From the NCBI GenBank assembly GCA_024639325.1, contig JAHEIO010000005.1, forward strand, positions 1,090-65,089: a DNA stretch of 64,000 bases, written 5' to 3'. Both the position numbers and the translations under genes were made by a program. This document shows, piece after piece, positions 61,151 through 64,000 of the stretch (position 1 is its first letter; every line of letters starts with the position of its first letter). The notes beneath the pieces were generated by a model. The model had not been told where the DNA came from. It saw only the letters and a list, made by a program, of their open reading frames with translations, and ran no database searches. Source of the DNA: Gammaproteobacteria bacterium (GTDB lineage: Bacteria > Pseudomonadota > Gammaproteobacteria > Arenicellales > JAANXG01).

Positions 61151-62167
61151 GTGGTTCGGGCAATCGGAATCTTTTTCACCATCCTGGTTTCGGCACTTGT
61201 GATCGCGGCAGGTTACCTGCAATGGAGCAGCAACCAACCAGTTAACGGCAGCGCGCGATTCACCATCAGCCCCGGGGAAGGGGTATCGACCGTGGCGCGG
61301 AATCTGGTCGATACCGGCCTGCTGTCCGAACCATACGCTTTCATCCTGTGGAGTTATCGACGGGGAGACACCGGATCGCTGAAAGCTGGCGAATATCAAA
61401 TAGATGAGGGCACGTCCCTGGGCCGGCTGCTGGACAAGTTCGTCGATGGGGACGTCGTAACCTATTCCATCACCCTCATCGAAGGGTGGACTTTCGAACA
61501 GTTCCTGTCCGTGCTCGGAGCCCATCCCGTTCTAAAAAACCGCGTCGCACCGAGATCGGTTTCCGAGATCATGTTCGAACTGGGACACGAGGGACTGCAT
61601 CCGGAGGGTCGATTCTTCCCGGATACCTATGTTTTCGACGCGGGCACATCCGTTATCGATATTCTGCATCAGGCCTTCGAGCGGATGGTTGAAGTTGTGG
61701 ATCGGGAATGGGAAGCGCGACTGCCCGGTACGTTACTGAAAAACAAGGACGAGGCGTTGGTCCTCGCCTCTATAATTGAAAAAGAAACCGGAAAACCCGA
61801 GGAAAGAGCAATCATATCCGCCGTGTTCAATAATCGCTTACGGAGGAAAATGCGGCTGCAGACGGATCCCACCGTGATCTACGGACTGGGTGACGGTTTT
61901 GACGGAAACCTGAAGCGTTCACACCTCAGTCAGGACACGCCCTACAACACGTATGTGCGTTTCGGGCTCCCGCCCACGCCGATAGCCAACCCCGGGGCAG
62001 ATGCAATCAGGGCCGCGCTACGTCCCGCGGACACTCGGGCACTGTATTTCGTATCCCGCGGTGATGGTTCGCACCAATTTTCCGAAACACTCCCGGAACA
62101 CAATGAGGCCGTTGCCCGGTATCAGTTGGGTGGCGACAGAAATAAAATCTCTGCATCCGGCGACTGA
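61151..62167 (+). CDS. mltG: Endolytic transglycosylase MltG
   Basis: EGRFFPDTY, LASIIEKE, LQTDPT, PYNTY...GLPPTPI. Confidence 0.95.
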   Translation: MVRAIGIFFTILVSALVIAAGYLQWSSNQPVNGSARFTISPGEGVSTVARNLVDTGLLSEPYAFILWSYRRGDTGSLKAGEYQIDEGTSLGRLLDKFVDGDVVTYSITLIEGWTFEQFLSVLGAHPVLKNRVAPRSVSEIMFELGHEGLHPEGRFFPDTYVFDAGTSVIDILHQAFERMVEVVDREWEARLPGTLLKNKDEALVLASIIEKETGKPEERAIISAVFNNRLRRKMRLQTDPTVIYGLGDGFDGNLKRSHLSQDTPYNTYVRFGLPPTPIANPGADAIRAALRPADTRALYFVSRGDGSHQFSETLPEHNEAVARYQLGGDRNKISASGD

Positions 62168-62173
62168 CGGTTT

Positions 62174-62824
62174 ATGCAAACCAGGGGCAAATTCATTACT
62201 GTGGAAGGGCAGGATGGCGCGGGCAAGACGACCAGCATGGTATTTGTCGAGCGCCTGCTCGGGGAAAGAGAAATCGATGCGGTAGTGACTCGCGAGCCCG
62301 GAGGCACGCAACTCGGCGAGAAACTGCGATGCCTTATCCTCGAAGGGCATGAACTCCATATCGACTCGCTGGCGGAATTGCTGATGATTTTTGCGGCGCG
62401 TGCCCAGCACCTAACCGAAACGATCGAACCGGCGCTGTCAAAAGGTATCTGGGTACTGTGCGACCGTTTCACCGACGCCACGTTCGCCTATCAGAGCGCG
62501 GGCCGAGGCTTACCCTGGTCTGACGTCGAAATCCTTGAAAACATGGTGCAGGGAAGCCTGAGGCCAGATCTGACGCTGCTGATCGACGTCGACCCGGAAA
62601 TCGGCCGGATACGGGCCAGTCAGCGTCGCCAGACGGCACCGGACCGTTTTGAAACGGAGGAAAAGGAGTTCAAATCCAACGTACGGCGAGCTTATCTGGA
62701 CCTGGCGCGAATGCATCCCGAACGGATCAGGATTGTCGATGGTACATTGTCCTTGAATGAAGTGGAGAAACAGGTAATCGATATAGTTGGACGCTACCTC
62801 GAGGAATCGGTAATCGAACGATGA
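62174..62824 (+). CDS. tmk: Thymidylate kinase
   Basis: FITVEGQDGAGKTT, TREPGGT, CDRF..AYQ. Confidence 0.96.
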   Translation: MQTRGKFITVEGQDGAGKTTSMVFVERLLGEREIDAVVTREPGGTQLGEKLRCLILEGHELHIDSLAELLMIFAARAQHLTETIEPALSKGIWVLCDRFTDATFAYQSAGRGLPWSDVEILENMVQGSLRPDLTLLIDVDPEIGRIRASQRRQTAPDRFETEEKEFKSNVRRAYLDLARMHPERIRIVDGTLSLNEVEKQVIDIVGRYLEESVIER

Positions 62825-63816
62825 TAGCTCCCTGGAACGAGGGCATCTTGCGGAAAATCACCGCAGACCGGGACAGGAGGCCGCATTCCTGGTTGTTTTG
62901 CGGCCCCCAGGGGCTGGGAAAAAAAGAGGCTGCGTGCCGATATTCAGAGCTGCTTCTCGGTGAAGGTCGCGGATTTTCCGCTGCCTCGCACCCAGATTTC
63001 CACGTTCTGTGCCCAGAGGCGGAGCTCGATCCGGAGGGCTCGTTGCTGCAACGATACGGCATGCGTTACTACGTCACGAAGCCAGGACAGCAGCCCAAAT
63101 CGGTCATTTCCGTTGATCAGGTGCGCGCATTGTCCAACGCGATCATCAGCTTTGGTCACGGTTCCTTTAAAGTCGTTTTGATCACGCCCGCGCACAAGAT
63201 GAATATCAATGCCGCCAACGCACTGCTAAAAAGCCTCGAGGAGCCGCCAACGAATACGGTTTTCATCCTCGTATCGGATCGTCCGGACCTGCTGCCGGCT
63301 ACCATTCTCAGCCGTTGCTCCAGGATAGATTTCCGCATTCCACCGCGCCAGGAGGCGCTCTCCTGGCTGGCAGGAAAAACGGACAATGGCCGCGCCGCCG
63401 TCGCCCTGGATGTGGCCCGAGGAGCTCCCTTGCTGGCGGAGGAATACCTCAGTTCAGGCTTCCTGGATGCGCGTGATGCGGTAATTCGCGACATCCAGTC
63501 AGTCATGAACGGTCGAATCGATGTGACGACGCTCCCTGGAAGATGGAAAGATCTGGGTATGGCCAGTTCACTGAGTATATTTTATGGTGTTATGAGCGAC
63601 CTCGTTAAGACGCGATATGTGCCAAAATCGCCCGGTTTGATCAATCCCGACCAGTTGGGCTGGTTGCATCCCACGTCAAAACGAATACACTTAAAGCGGG
63701 TGTTTGCGTTATTAGAGCGGGTCGGGAGATATCTCCGGGACACGAATTCGCCTTTGGACAAGAATCTGCTACTGGAAGATCTGTTCCTGGACCTAATCAA
63801 AGTTGGTAAAAAGTAA
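62821..63816 (+). CDS. holB: DNA polymerase III delta' subunit
   Basis: GPQGLGK, HPDF, ISVDQVR, AANALLKSLEEP, LPATILSRC. Confidence 0.94.
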   Translation: MIAPWNEGILRKITADRDRRPHSWLFCGPQGLGKKEAACRYSELLLGEGRGFSAASHPDFHVLCPEAELDPEGSLLQRYGMRYYVTKPGQQPKSVISVDQVRALSNAIISFGHGSFKVVLITPAHKMNINAANALLKSLEEPPTNTVFILVSDRPDLLPATILSRCSRIDFRIPPRQEALSWLAGKTDNGRAAVALDVARGAPLLAEEYLSSGFLDARDAVIRDIQSVMNGRIDVTTLPGRWKDLGMASSLSIFYGVMSDLVKTRYVPKSPGLINPDQLGWLHPTSKRIHLKRVFALLERVGRYLRDTNSPLDKNLLLEDLFLDLIKVGKK

Positions 63817-64000
63817 TGGCAGAAGATATTGGAATCGAGAACGGTGAAGCCAGACCGACGGTTTTGTCCCTGACAATCAAGGACAAGAGTGCACTTTACG
63901 CAGCTTACATGCCATTTCTCAACAGCGGCGGGCTATTCGTGCCGACCAACAAAACCTACAAAATGGGCGAGGAAGTGTTCATGCTGCTTACCCTGTTGGA
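63816..64000 (+). CDS. pilZ: Type IV pilus PilZ (partial, runs off the window)
   Basis: VLSLTIKDKSALYAAYMPFLNSGGLFVPT; follows holB. Confidence 0.92.
   Translation, partial: MAEDIGIENGEARPTVLSLTIKDKSALYAAYMPFLNSGGLFVPTNKTYKMGEEVFMLLTLL

Overview
Chromosomal window from a moderately GC-rich gammaproteobacterium (taxonomy inferred from gene order and CTGT-N8-ACAG LexA boxes). Most of it is housekeeping synteny: tRNA-Asn/fimT/aspC/uvrB/tRNA-Val, infC-rpmI-rplT-pheST-ihfA-merR-tRNA-Pro, surE-pcm-yqaA-nlpD-rpoS, hom-thrC, a gspD-M type II secretion cluster, recJ, rlmD, rne/rluC/sppA/maf and rpmF-plsX-fabH-fabG-acpP-fabF-mltG-tmk-holB-pilZ. Three accessory patches interrupt it. (1) Bases 1-1893, past the tRNA-Asn 3' end: a PEP-CTERM gene with a sigma54/enhancer/IHF-type promoter and a possible integrase/att remnant. 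(2) Bases 12.4-16.0 kb, after tRNA-Pro: a 949-aa ExeA-type AAA ATPase/TM/SdrD-B-like/TPR-like protein preceded by a LexA-like box. (3) Bases 44.5-56.2 kb, between maf and rpmF: an imuA-imuB...dnaE2 mutasome split by hydroxyproline-catabolism genes and a beta-barrel gene, each half with its own SOS box. An 18-bp inverted-repeat family (CCTGGTGAGAWATGCGGG next to YTAG) and other MITE-like elements mark several accessory junctions and supply one gene's 3' end. thrS, yceD, fabD and pabC are absent from their usual positions. No CRISPR array, rRNA or intact transposase/integrase was seen. All calls come from reading the sequence; no database searches were run.
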